Position numbers and translations under genes: made by a program. Source: Patescibacteria group bacterium (lineage in GTDB: Bacteria > Patescibacteriota > JAQUNI01). Taken from it: a stretch of 64,000 nt of DNA. Each line of letters starts with the position of its first letter. Position 1 is the stretch's first letter. This document shows positions 27,774 through 37,113 of the stretch, in pieces. The DNA lies in contig JAQUNI010000002.1 of NCBI GenBank assembly GCA_028717685.1, positions 71,903 to 135,902 of the forward strand. The letters are read 5' to 3'. Below the pieces are notes generated by a model, which saw nothing but the letters and a program-made list of their open reading frames with translations, did no database searches and had not been told where the DNA came from.

Positions 27774-29006
27774 TTAATATTGGCATAAGATTTCCGGAGC
27801 GCACCCCATTTTGATATAGGGAAAATTTTTCTGGACAAAATCCATTCGTCTCGGATAATTTTTTTGCAGATAGGATGGGTTTAATGTAGATATCCGTACT
27901 GCTTCAGCTAAATCTTCATTAACAACATTTTCTGGTTTGTTTTTATAAATAACCGCTTGTCTTAAGACATAGTCTGTGACATATTTTTCTCTTAAGGGAC
28001 TGATTTCGGACTCAACAATGTTACTATATTGTCCGGTTGTTGTTTGTTCTAGAATACTGAATAGATGATGTCCAATTTCATGTCCGATGGTACTCAAGAT
28101 ATAAGCTTTCATTTTATCTTCTTCGGATTGAAGAGATATATTTTGCAGATAGTCGAAGTCAATTGATTTTTCTACTCCAAAACTAAGCAATATAATTTTG
28201 TTGTTGTTTGAATGACCAGCATGAGCGCGAGTTTTATAGATATGTTGCAATTTTTCCGGGCTATCCACTTTTTCTAAAATCATTGCCGCTTCTAAATATT
28301 TTTCTTTGCTTTCAGCTATAAATCCGAACTTTTGGTCATGAATTAAAATTCCACGTTCACAGAGATCATCAATTTGATTAAAAAGCTCTTTGTTATAACG
28401 CGTCCAAGCTATCTTGTATTGGTCACTTTTGGTAATTTTTCCCACCTTTAGCAGTCTAAGAATATCGGGAGTGAAGCTTCGCAGAAGAAATTCACGGATT
28501 AAGGAGTTTGGTATGGGATAATCTTGGGTTGTGTCAAATCCTTGAGCAATAGGACCGATGGTGAGTATTTCTTCAGCCTCTTTAAAATTATCTGCGGTGT
28601 TGCTTAGAATTAACTCCTCGACATATTTTTGAATTTCCAATACTCCCAGTGCGGTTTGATTTTGAATTGCAGAAACAATTAACTCAAGTTTTTTTTGTCT
28701 TTTTTCAAAGATTTGAGTTTCTTTATTATTGATTATCTTTAGTTCTGAGAGTATTTTTGCTCGCTTTATTTTTAGGACTAAGTTTTGGGAAGGATTTACC
28801 GAATAGCGATGGCGGAAATTATAGCCATATTTTTTTTCCGCTTCTACGATAGCTTGATAAGATTGGAGTAGGGACAGATTTGGATTCGCCGACATCGTTG
28901 CTTCCGCCATTGTTAAATATTTTTCTAGATCTTCGGTGGTTATATTTCTTTCATTATTTTCGATTGCAGTAATAACTTTCGCTTTTTCATTTTGCTGTTC
29001 GGACAT
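27774..29006 (-). CDS. Hypothetical protein with C-terminal zincin (HExxH) metallopeptidase-like domain
   Basis: GHEIGHH plus downstream NEDLAE; AAGGAGG SD. Confidence 0.6.
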   Translation of the reverse strand: MSEQQNEKAKVITAIENNERNITTEDLEKYLTMAEATMSANPNLSLLQSYQAIVEAEKKYGYNFRHRYSVNPSQNLVLKIKRAKILSELKIINNKETQIFEKRQKKLELIVSAIQNQTALGVLEIQKYVEELILSNTADNFKEAEEILTIGPIAQGFDTTQDYPIPNSLIREFLLRSFTPDILRLLKVGKITKSDQYKIAWTRYNKELFNQIDDLCERGILIHDQKFGFIAESKEKYLEAAMILEKVDSPEKLQHIYKTRAHAGHSNNNKIILLSFGVEKSIDFDYLQNISLQSEEDKMKAYILSTIGHEIGHHLFSILEQTTTGQYSNIVESEISPLREKYVTDYVLRQAVIYKNKPENVVNEDLAEAVRISTLNPSYLQKNYPRRMDFVQKNFPYIKMGCAPEILCQY

Positions 29007-29284
29007 TGTTAGCCTCCTTATGATATTTTTTGGAATTTAAGCCAATTTGGGGTGAGTTGGGAAAAGAACATTAAGAATAAAATGGATGGTTTCAAAACCA
29101 TCCATTTTATTTAACTTGTTTTTTCGTTCTTTGTCAATATTTTGCGAGACTTTAGCGAATAGTTATACGTTGATCTGTCGCAATTGCCAAACCTAAGGCT
29201 TGAGAAATACACTTTTTTCTGCCGTGCTTTTGCAGTATTTTAATCAAATCGTTAATTATTCCTCCCAATCATATTCCTAAAAGT

Positions 29285-31135
29285 TTAAGGCGTCAGAGGC
29301 ACTAGATCGGGTATGCCGTCGCCATTTTGATCACCTTGAGGCGTCAGCGGCACAACATCGGGCAAACCGTCGCCATTCTGATCGTTGCTGGTTGCGGGAT
29401 TTTGATTTCCTTCCGGGGTCAAAGGCACGAGGTCGGGCAAGCCATCGCCGTCCTGGTCGTTGGAGGAGGAAGTGTTATCGCCCGGTTTCCACTCGGAAGT
29501 TAGCACAATGCGCAAGGGTTCTTGTTTATCGCAACTTAAACCCTTAAGATTGCCCTCCGCGTCATAAAGGTTTTTCAACTCCGCCGGCAGATTGTATTGT
29601 TGCGCCATTTCCCGCACTTTTTTGGTTGCTTCCTTGTAAGCGGCCATTCCTTCTTCTGAAGGCTCGAAGGAAATAACGGCTCCATTTTGACCATTATCTC
29701 GGATAAGTTTACCGCTGCCCACCATTTGGATTCCAGGCGCGATCGTTTCCGTGGATTCGGGTGTATAGGTCTCTGACCAGTGCCAGTTGCTATCAGGCGA
29801 AATGTGTAAAGCTTTCGCTGTTTGTTCTGGTCCAGCAAGGCTGGATTGATAATTGCCCGCTCGTGCTGCCCAAATTGGAAAGCTTTCACCCTCGCGAATC
29901 CCCGCTAAAGAAAAGGTGGTCAACATCAGATCCGTGGATTTTCCCTTAACATTATGCATTGGGATGTCAAGTAAGTAATAAGAATCAATCGTACGCGACT
30001 CTTTATGTATCAGGGCATCTAGGTCGGTATCAGTGGTGTAATACTGATAGACGCGCCAATCCGTGCGCCAGGCAGGTTCGCCAACGGCGGCATCGTCCGT
30101 ATGAAGTCCTTCCGAAAGAACCATTGTTTTTGACTGCGCGCTTTCCTGAAAAAATCCGCCGGCTAAGTTCATATTAAAAGTGCAGCCATAAGAGTCTGAT
30201 TGGCGGATGATATATTTTCCTGAAGTCTTTTCCTCTTCGCAATCGTTCGTGAACGCCTTTTCAGTCTTCAGCGCCAAGTCTGGGTAAGGAAAAAATTGCA
30301 TCATCTGCCAAGCCGTAACCAAATCCGTCAAAGCGTCCGGCGTTTCGTTCGGGCAATAATCTTGAATTACTTTATTGGTTAATTCTTCGGCAATTTGGGA
30401 AGCGCGCTCCCAGCTGGCATCGTTATATTGCTTGGCTTTGCCTGTGGCATCATCAACCGCGATTTTGCTCATCTCCGCCTCGAATTCTTGATACATACTT
30501 TGATTTTCAGGATCCTTAAAAGTGAATTCGAACCCATTGGGCGTTCCGCCGCCGACATAACTCGCGTGCGTTAATACGGTTTGATAGACGTTGTTCCCGA
30601 GATTTATCGTCGGCAGCCACTCCCATTCTTTTTTCACAGTATCCCAGTAACCCAAGGCAAAATCCTTTTTTGGCGCTTCATTTAAAGTGATTTTAAAAAT
30701 GAGTCCGCGCTTGAAATCTTTTTCACTAATTGAAATTTCAAATAAACCCCCGATCACCCCTTGGGGCCAGATGGATTCCGCGGCTTCCTTGATTGTGATT
30801 TTCGGTTTTTTTGTAAAAGCCGCTTGGGGAACAATAAGCTCCGCCTTGCCGCCCGCGGCGCTAGCCTGAAGAATATCGGGACGATCCGCCGCGCTTTGTT
30901 CACTAGCGCCCCGTTCCAAGAGGGCGGAAATCATAATCCCCGGATTAGGCAAGAAGAAAAGGAAGGAAGAGGCAACCAGCCAAAGCACAAGGAGCACTCC
31001 GGGTAAACAAAATAAAGCCACCAAGAGAATAATTAATTTTTTGTGGGATTTTTTGGGTGGAGCGGGGGAGGGGGTGTTTGCCACTGGCGGGGCAGGCGGA
31101 TTAGGCGGGACAGGGGGTAAGTTTTGTGTTTCCAT
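29285..31135 (-). CDS. Membrane-anchored surface protein with three C-terminal DQxGDGxPDxVPLTP repeats
   Basis: Pro-rich N-terminus, one TM segment, DxDGDG-type loops at the C-terminus. Confidence 0.75.
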   Translation of the reverse strand: METQNLPPVPPNPPAPPVANTPSPAPPKKSHKKLIILLVALFCLPGVLLVLWLVASSFLFFLPNPGIMISALLERGASEQSAADRPDILQASAAGGKAELIVPQAAFTKKPKITIKEAAESIWPQGVIGGLFEISISEKDFKRGLIFKITLNEAPKKDFALGYWDTVKKEWEWLPTINLGNNVYQTVLTHASYVGGGTPNGFEFTFKDPENQSMYQEFEAEMSKIAVDDATGKAKQYNDASWERASQIAEELTNKVIQDYCPNETPDALTDLVTAWQMMQFFPYPDLALKTEKAFTNDCEEEKTSGKYIIRQSDSYGCTFNMNLAGGFFQESAQSKTMVLSEGLHTDDAAVGEPAWRTDWRVYQYYTTDTDLDALIHKESRTIDSYYLLDIPMHNVKGKSTDLMLTTFSLAGIREGESFPIWAARAGNYQSSLAGPEQTAKALHISPDSNWHWSETYTPESTETIAPGIQMVGSGKLIRDNGQNGAVISFEPSEEGMAAYKEATKKVREMAQQYNLPAELKNLYDAEGNLKGLSCDKQEPLRIVLTSEWKPGDNTSSSNDQDGDGLPDLVPLTPEGNQNPATSNDQNGDGLPDVVPLTPQGDQNGDGIPDLVPLTP

Positions 31136-31451
31136 GTTTTTGTGTTTATTTGCTAATTTTATTTTTGTGAAAAGTGCTAAAATTTTTGGATTCTTTTAGA
31201 TTTTATGAATCTTACTTGAACTATTTTCAAGTCCCGCAGTTGAATGCAGGATAAATTCCAGAGCGCGTCAGCTTTGCTGGCACGCCGTTTAAATTCTTAA
31301 TTAAAGAATATCACAATTCGTAAACAATTGCATCTTTTAAAGACTGATTTTTGAAATCTGTCTTTTCTCCTATTTTTTGCCTTCTATTTTAAGCCGGTGG
31401 CATTTTTAGAGATTTCGGAGAGCTTTTGATGAGAATAGATTTTTTTAGTAA

Positions 31452-31488
31452 TAAAATAAAAAGGTGAGGGCTGAAAAACCTTCACCTT
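31452..31488 (-). terminator. Terminator downstream of the RT gene
   Basis: Minus strand aaggtgaagg...ccctcacctt followed by T-rich tail. Confidence 0.7.
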
Positions 31489-31528
31489 CGCGTTCTTAAA
31501 CTTACACGGGTTTGACCTGCGTAAGTTT

Positions 31529-32791
31529 TTATTTCTCTTCGGTTTGAATCTCGCGAAGCAACTTATAATAAGGTCCCGTAATTTGTGCTGGTAGATCATT
31601 GTAATTAAAATCAAACGACCCATTGGTGCCAAGCTTTCCATAGATGGGCTTCAATGAAGCAATAAACCCCTTTACTTTGGGTCGCAAAGATAGATCGGAA
31701 ATCGCCCGGTAGATGATTCCCCGCCAGCGGCGCACTGTCTTTTTCGGCAGAACGATTTTACTATTGCCTTCCTTATCTTTGATAATCCGCAGACCGGTAA
31801 TAAGTGGCGCTTCGTGAATAATACCGCGGTGCGACACCTTTTTGGCATTGGGTTTAAAACCGTATTTTTCAATAGTCTCGTAAAATTTTCCTTGAACATC
31901 TTCAGGAATTGGCTTTTGCGCTGACACCACAATATTATCAACATACATTCCCGCTTCAAATCGGAATTTGTCTTGACGTTTATTGTCAGCGAGGAAAACA
32001 AAGAATGGGGACGGACACAGCGAACAAAGTTCGCTAAAAAATCCGCTTTCTGTTAAATAGATATAAAACAGAAAAGGCGCGGTGGGCGTGCCTTGCGGCA
32101 AAATATAGTTCCAGGTTGTCAACTTGATAATGAGCTCGGTGAGCGCCTTGGCAATTTTTGCCTTACCGGCCAGAAGCCACCGGTCATCGTCTTCAAACAG
32201 CCAGCCGTCCAATATACTTGAAGCCCTGTAAAAGAAGGAAAAACTTAAATGTTTCTTTGCGTCTTCAAGGTCCCGAGCATAGGAAGATATTTCATCCTCT
32301 TCTTTTATAAGCTTCATTCTTTCTGTAAGTGCTCGGCAATGGCTAACATCAAGCTCGTATGCTTCTAGTTCGCTGATTATCCGGTTGAAAACAATCTCTT
32401 CTAAATTCCGGACGCTCGTTGACGGAAAGGCATCTGCCAAATCTAACTGCCAAAACCATTTAGCGTCTTTGTGGCGATGAGCATGCCATACGTAAGACGT
32501 TAATTCTCCTCCCGGATACAAGCCATATAGACCATCGTGAAGCATATTCCACATTTTGTGAAGAAATCTTCGGAGGATTTTTTTCTGTATCGCTTTCAGT
32601 TCTTCAGATGGAATAAAAAGAGTGCGAAAACCGTCTGATTTCTTCGGAACTTCAAGTACACGATAATCCGGCGTGAGCAATGATATGCGGCAGACATCTA
32701 CCTTTAATATACTAGCTAAAACCGCTTCAGCCTTTGGCAAGCCAAATTGCTGGAGCATTTCGGCTTCTCTTTCTTCTCGCGATTTTCGCAC
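31529..32791 (-). CDS. Retron-like reverse transcriptase with non-canonical YVDN motif
   Basis: PKKSDGFRTL.IP..ELKAIQKKIL; HAHRH (NAxxH region X position); LDLADAFPS; LPQGTPTAP; YVDN; ITGL (VTG region Y). GTG start at 32791 after AAGGAGG. Confidence 0.85.
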   Translation of the reverse strand: MRKSREEREAEMLQQFGLPKAEAVLASILKVDVCRISLLTPDYRVLEVPKKSDGFRTLFIPSEELKAIQKKILRRFLHKMWNMLHDGLYGLYPGGELTSYVWHAHRHKDAKWFWQLDLADAFPSTSVRNLEEIVFNRIISELEAYELDVSHCRALTERMKLIKEEDEISSYARDLEDAKKHLSFSFFYRASSILDGWLFEDDDRWLLAGKAKIAKALTELIIKLTTWNYILPQGTPTAPFLFYIYLTESGFFSELCSLCPSPFFVFLADNKRQDKFRFEAGMYVDNIVVSAQKPIPEDVQGKFYETIEKYGFKPNAKKVSHRGIIHEAPLITGLRIIKDKEGNSKIVLPKKTVRRWRGIIYRAISDLSLRPKVKGFIASLKPIYGKLGTNGSFDFNYNDLPAQITGPYYKLLREIQTEEK

Positions 32792-32831
32792 TTTACTTCC
32801 CTCCTTTTTGAAATTGGGAACGAACAAAAGT

Positions 32832-32979
32832 GTGGGGACTCATTTTTGCACAGCTTCTTGATTTCCGCTGAAAATAGCGCAATTTTACAACCAGCCGTCA
32901 GATACTGACGACCGCCGTACTTTGGTTGGAGTTAACCGCCCAGCTTGTACGATTTATTCAAGCCGCGTTTGACCCCACT
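32832..32979 (-). ncRNA. Candidate RT-associated structured RNA (msr-msd-like)
   Basis: Closing stem gtgggg.tca/tga..ccccac; internal hairpins cggcttg/caagctg, caacca..gtcgtcag-tat-ctgacggc-tggttg and ttgcgc/gtgcaa; begins at the predicted TSS. Confidence 0.6.
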
Positions 32980-32985
32980 GGTTTC

Positions 32986-33014
32986 AGCATATCGCTATAA
33001 AGATAATTTGACAA
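32986..33014 (-). promoter_or_regulatory. sigma70 promoter for ncRNA plus RT
   Basis: TTGTCA-17 bp-TATGCT; TSS predicted at about 32979. Confidence 0.65.
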
Positions 33015-33079
33015 GTAGAAATAAAAAAGGCGGCATATGAAGCGCGTCCCCTGAAGTTTTGGATGGATAATATTATAAT

Positions 33080-33187
33080 TCCCGAAGTAAAGTGATCTGG
33101 TTTGTGGAAAGTTTGGTCAAAGGCAAATGGTTTTATTGGTTTAATTTTAAGAGTTTTTTGTAATTTTAGTTTAATCGGTTTTTTCAT
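33080..33187 (-). pseudogene. Truncated 5' gene fragment (..PFAFDQTFHKPDHFTSG), possibly an AlkA/HhH-GPD glycosylase N-terminus
   Basis: Start overlaps the deaminase 3' end; protein-like for about 36 codons, then runs into the RT promoter region; family call from memory only. Confidence 0.35.
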
Positions 33188-33605
33188 TCTCTAACTTTTC
33201 TGGCCAAGGATAAGGCATTGACTCTGAAATTGGTATTTGCTTTATTTTCCCTTCTTCTTCCATAATAACCACAACATCTAGTCCTGAGCGCAAGCTGCTT
33301 TCGTAAATCAGTTGCTTGCAGATATGGCAATTTGGTCCGGTAATCGCCACAATATCCTTTTCGCCGTGAATAGCGGCGTGAGCCAACGCCGTTGCTTCCG
33401 AATGCATAGTTAAAGTTTCCGTGTCTGAAAGATAAGAAACGCCAGTATAGATATTTCCTTTTTTTGTCATCAAGGCAACGGCATACCCATCGCCACTTTT
33501 GGGATAAGTATTTTTCAACGCTTCATTGCTTAACCTTAAAAGATTTTTACATTCTTCATCGGTTAGCTCGTAGTATGTTTTGTTGCCTAAAGTTTTTGCT
33601 TTCAT
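33171..33605 (-). CDS. Cytidine deaminase-like zinc enzyme
   Basis: GNIYTGV, HSE, GPNCHICKQ (HxE...CxxC); start reassigned to ATG 33605. Confidence 0.8.
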   Translation of the reverse strand: MKAKTLGNKTYYELTDEECKNLLRLSNEALKNTYPKSGDGYAVALMTKKGNIYTGVSYLSDTETLTMHSEATALAHAAIHGEKDIVAITGPNCHICKQLIYESSLRSGLDVVVIMEEEGKIKQIPISESMPYPWPEKLENEKTD

Positions 33606-33696
33606 AATTGTTTTGCGGCGCTTGTCCGCAGGGAGGAGAGCATAAGTGGGGTGCGGAACAAAGCGGAACAGAGTAGGTTCAGAATGAATCCACACA

Positions 33697-34473
33697 TTAG
33701 AATTTAATTATTACTATACTTCTGTCATCCTTGGATTTAGTTGATTTATATTTTTTCCATTTATCTGGATCTTCTTTTTCAACTTTTTCAAAAATTTTTT
33801 CCCATGCTTCAATTGAAACTTCTTGAGGTATATCGAAATAACCATCAGTAAATAGTTCAATTATTTTTATTTTATCTTGATTATATTCAAAAATTTTTAC
33901 AAATTTAGATGGTGTTTTAGTGCCATCAATGACTCCATAACCAAGAAGTTCTTGAGGATTGTTTTGATATTCAAATTGTTTTAAAAGTAAAGGCATTATG
34001 TGCTCTCTGCTCCCTTTAATATCATTTGTTTCTCTAATATATTTTGCTCTTTCTTCTGAATTATCAATATCAATCTGTTTTGTTTCCTGATAAACTTCAG
34101 TTCCATTAATCCTCATGCCTGAATCTCCTAAATAGGTGATTATTATTTTATTATTAATGAGCCTTACGCAAATAAATCCACAGGTAAACCTATGTTTTGG
34201 GTCTTTAGTTTCTTCCAAAATTTTTAATTTGCCATATAATTCCTTGGTTTTTTGGTTAAGATAATTGACTAATTCAATTCCATTTAGATTAGCTGATAAG
34301 CACTCATTTACGACAATTCGAGAAACAAGTTCTCCTCCTGTTTTGTCATTATATTTTTTGCCACTTTTATCTGTGGCGCCATCGGCTATAGCAAAACAAT
34401 TCTTATTATAGGCAAAATAATCTTCATTTCTATCTCTGGTTTTTCCTTTTGAAAAAGTTCGAACTTGCGCCAT
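33697..34473 (-). CDS. PP2C/PPM-like phosphatase domain protein
   Basis: NED, AIADG, LGDSG, FTDG, DD motifs. Confidence 0.8.
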   Translation of the reverse strand: MAQVRTFSKGKTRDRNEDYFAYNKNCFAIADGATDKSGKKYNDKTGGELVSRIVVNECLSANLNGIELVNYLNQKTKELYGKLKILEETKDPKHRFTCGFICVRLINNKIIITYLGDSGMRINGTEVYQETKQIDIDNSEERAKYIRETNDIKGSREHIMPLLLKQFEYQNNPQELLGYGVIDGTKTPSKFVKIFEYNQDKIKIIELFTDGYFDIPQEVSIEAWEKIFEKVEKEDPDKWKKYKSTKSKDDRSIVIIKF

Positions 34474-34756
34474 GATTTTTTGTTTCAGAGAAATGCGATT
34501 AAATTAGAAGCGAGGTTCATTCTCAATTTCACTTAACAATTTTTAAATGCACTTATTTAAAATCCACGCACTAAGGAAAAGCTTAGTGCGGGAAAAACTG
34601 CCCGCAAAATCCGCGATGTTTAGGTTCGTCGGGGATGTCTGCCTTAGGTCATTCAGGCGTTCGTCCCGAGGACTCAGCCCCGAGGGACTCTGATGAGTCT
34701 TTAAGACCCGAAGAGCGGACGGTCTCGCACACCCCCGCCCTCGCTTTCATAAATTA

Positions 34757-35314
34757 CTAAAATTTTAACCTTTTTCTTAACTCCGTAGACGACAAAAGTT
34801 TTTTCGACCATTCTTTGTAATGTCTAGTATCTTCAATTAGTCCACCATGATAAACCTGCATGTAAACAAGATTGTTCTCGTAGAAGATTTTTTCCTCGCC
34901 TTCTACAAATCCTCTTTTTTTTGTAAATCTGTTTCTATACAAAAACTTATTTTCTCGGAAACCGTCTAATCCTCGGTGAGTTGTTTTTCCTGCTCCTGCA
35001 CGCAATGCCTTTTTCAGAAAATCAAAGACCACTTTTGGCCCTAATTTTCTACCTGCGCCTATAAGGATTCCATAGTAGTTAACTCCGTATATAGGATGCT
35101 TCCGATAGAAAGTTATTGTTTGCCCCATATTCAACTCTTCTCCGCTATAGCGGTCAATCACTACATAAGGTCCTTTCCGGTAGGTTATAACCTTAAACCA
35201 AGGCAAAAATGGGTCCAAAAATTTCTGTGGGCTTCCGCCGTAACCTTTGGTTTTATCTTCTCTCAAAGATATTTCTCGTAATTTTTTTAAATGATTTTGT
35301 AGGTTTTTACTCAT
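34757..35314 (-). CDS. DUF5680-like protein
   Basis: DRYSG..GQ...NYYG...FLKKAL...RG...GEEKI...VYHGG pattern; ATG overlaps the HTH remnant stop. Confidence 0.6.
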   Translation of the reverse strand: MSKNLQNHLKKLREISLREDKTKGYGGSPQKFLDPFLPWFKVITYRKGPYVVIDRYSGEELNMGQTITFYRKHPIYGVNYYGILIGAGRKLGPKVVFDFLKKALRAGAGKTTHRGLDGFRENKFLYRNRFTKKRGFVEGEEKIFYENNLVYMQVYHGGLIEDTRHYKEWSKKLLSSTELRKRLKF

Positions 35315-35414
35315 ATTTAAGTAATTCCTTTGGTTCAACACCAAGTGCTTTCGTCATTTTTTTAATAGTGAGTAAGGAAGGGTTTCTCTTACCTCGTTCT
35401 AGTCTGCTTATATA
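35307..35414 (-). pseudogene. C-terminal remnant of an XRE-family HTH regulator
   Basis: YISRLERGKRNPSLLTIKKMTKALGVEPKELL with no N-terminal half; lies about 60 nt 3' of tRNA-Pro. Confidence 0.75.
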
Positions 35415-35473
35415 TATAACTTTGGTGGACGCTAAGCGTTCTTGCCATGTACTACACATACAGCACTCTTTAG

Positions 35474-35547
35474 TCGGGGATGTGGGACTTGAACCCACGG
35501 CCTCGCGCACCCCATGCGCGCGCGCTAGCCAACTGCGCCAATCCCCG
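35474..35547 (-). tRNA. tRNA-Pro(GGG); CCA not encoded (followed by CTA)
   Basis: Acceptor CGGGGAT/ATCCCCG, anticodon stem cgcgc-atGGGgt-gcgcg, T-loop GTTCAAG. Confidence 0.95.
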
Positions 35548-35622
35548 TAATTGTAATTTTCAATTTTTAATTTCTAATTTTCAATCAATTTTTAATAATT
35601 CAATTTTTAATTTCAAAAAGGG

Positions 35623-35877
35623 TTAAATTTTTTTCTTAACCATAAAGTAGTAAATCAGCGCGCCGAGCCAGTAGGTGAACACCAGAACCAAGACCCAGAC
35701 AATTTTTTCATTTTCTTTTGCGGTTGGAAAATCTCTTTTTAGAAGGTCAACGAGCATCCAAATCCAAAAAATCGCTCCGCCGATAAAGAATAGAGCGATT
35801 ACGCTCCAGATGAAGAAGACAAAAATAATTGGTAGGAAGAAAAGGGGGAGGGGGTTGAAGCTTAGAATAGTTTTCAT
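35623..35877 (-). CDS. PLDc N-terminal-domain small membrane protein
   Basis: FWIWMLVDLLKRDF...KIVWVLVLV...GALIYYF. Confidence 0.8.
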   Translation of the reverse strand: MKTILSFNPLPLFFLPIIFVFFIWSVIALFFIGGAIFWIWMLVDLLKRDFPTAKENEKIVWVLVLVFTYWLGALIYYFMVKKKI

Positions 35878-35980
35878 AAATAAATTGATTTATTTAGAAA
35901 ATTATGATAAGATAAGCTGTTCTTTTGTGTCGTTCCTTGAATCTACATTTTTCTCATTTTTTGCGAAAGGAGTTTTAAGA

Positions 35981-36676
35981 ATGTCAGCGGAATATTTAGA
36001 CTTGGTGGCTACGGGGTTGGTAAGGGAAGAACTGAGCTCTGATTATCGCGATCATCTTCCGGAAGCGCTTCTGGATTTAGTGGAGAAGCCCTTTTATTGT
36101 TTCATTCCCGATGGTTTTGCTTTTGGCAGTGTGGGCGGCGCGGCGGTAATTGACGAAATTTACATTGATTCCGAGCATAATGTCTACATTTTTTCTGAAG
36201 GTTTTTCCACTTGGAGGGGGTTTTTCTTTCCCGCCTTGAAATTTCCCTGTCGCGGGAAGAGATGGCAGTTTGTGTATCATACAAGTCCCTTTGGCGCGGA
36301 AGAGCAGAGGCTTTCTTCAGATGTTCATTTCGGCGATCAGCCAAAGATGGAAATCTATGAATCGAAAGACATTCAGGGATTAGGAAATAATCTTTCTCGG
36401 CGTTATTTCTATTGCCTTTATCGGCTTTCTATTTCGGGTAAAACGATTGCGGGAATGTTCCGAAGCCGCGTGACGCAGGTGGCGTGCGATGGAGAGCATG
36501 GGCATCTGCTCTTAAATTTCGCGCCTAAAATCCAGAAGCCCACAATGTTTTTCCAATATTTAAGTTTATACAAAGGAAGCAATCCTCATATGAGTTTGTG
36601 CTATTATTATTCTCCCTATTTAGAAAAACCTTTTGAGGAGGACGTGGAAATTCATTTTTATACTCTCGCAATTTAA
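35981..36676 (+). CDS. Hypothetical protein
   Basis: AAAGGAG SD before ATG 35981; terminator at 36675-36701. Confidence 0.65.
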   Translation: MSAEYLDLVATGLVREELSSDYRDHLPEALLDLVEKPFYCFIPDGFAFGSVGGAAVIDEIYIDSEHNVYIFSEGFSTWRGFFFPALKFPCRGKRWQFVYHTSPFGAEEQRLSSDVHFGDQPKMEIYESKDIQGLGNNLSRRYFYCLYRLSISGKTIAGMFRSRVTQVACDGEHGHLLLNFAPKIQKPTMFFQYLSLYKGSNPHMSLCYYYSPYLEKPFEEDVEIHFYTLAI

Positions 36677-36814
36677 CCCTAATAAAAATAGGGTTTTTTT
36701 TATCCCGCACCTTTAGAAGAATACCCTGCCAGTCTAGTTAGCGATGATGAATGAGTATCAAAAAGGTCCTTATCTTCCGAGGTCTTTATACTCCGCTAAG
36801 TAAAGGTGCAGGAT

Positions 36815-36985
36815 TTATTTTACCTTTGCCATTGTTTTGACACATTTCGCGCAAGCTAAAATTTGCTTGTCTTTCAAAGTAATTTTTTGCAAATTTAATT
36901 TTTGCATTCTTTTGGTCGCGATATTGGAATGGCTGCGGGTGTAACCCATGCGGGGTTTGCGTCCGCAAATCTGGCAGAACATCAT
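36815..36985 (-). CDS. rpmB: 50S ribosomal protein L28 (zinc-ribbon type, 56 aa); missing from the ORF track
   Basis: MMFCQICGRKPRMGYTRSHSNIATKRMQKLNLQ...CAKCVKT. Confidence 0.92.
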   Translation of the reverse strand: MMFCQICGRKPRMGYTRSHSNIATKRMQKLNLQKITLKDKQILACAKCVKTMAKVK

Positions 36986-37113
36986 AAAATTATTCTTTTA
37001 TAGAGTAAGATACTAAAGTTAAATTAACATTCTTTTGCCCAATTTGCAAGGCTTATTCCTTTATGTTAAAATAAAGACTATCTTTCTTCGCTTTTTAATT
37101 ATTTTTTTATTTG

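Noticed and set aside
2452-32791. Diversity-generating retroelement (Avd-like four-helix bundle plus RT)
   Set aside because: The genes are about 29 kb apart, the RT has retron-type rather than DGR motifs, and no TR/VR pair with adenine-specific mismatches was seen by eye
33606-34756. Integron attC cassette array among the co-oriented island genes
   Set aside because: No RYYYAAC...GTTRRRY paired ends recognised in the spacers and no integron integrase in the window
35675-35980. Long N-terminal extensions in the ORF track (also 2836, 11095, 15948, 19998, 25040, 55296)
   Set aside because: They overlap neighbouring genes or translate repeats and terminators; downstream starts fit family N-termini or SD position better
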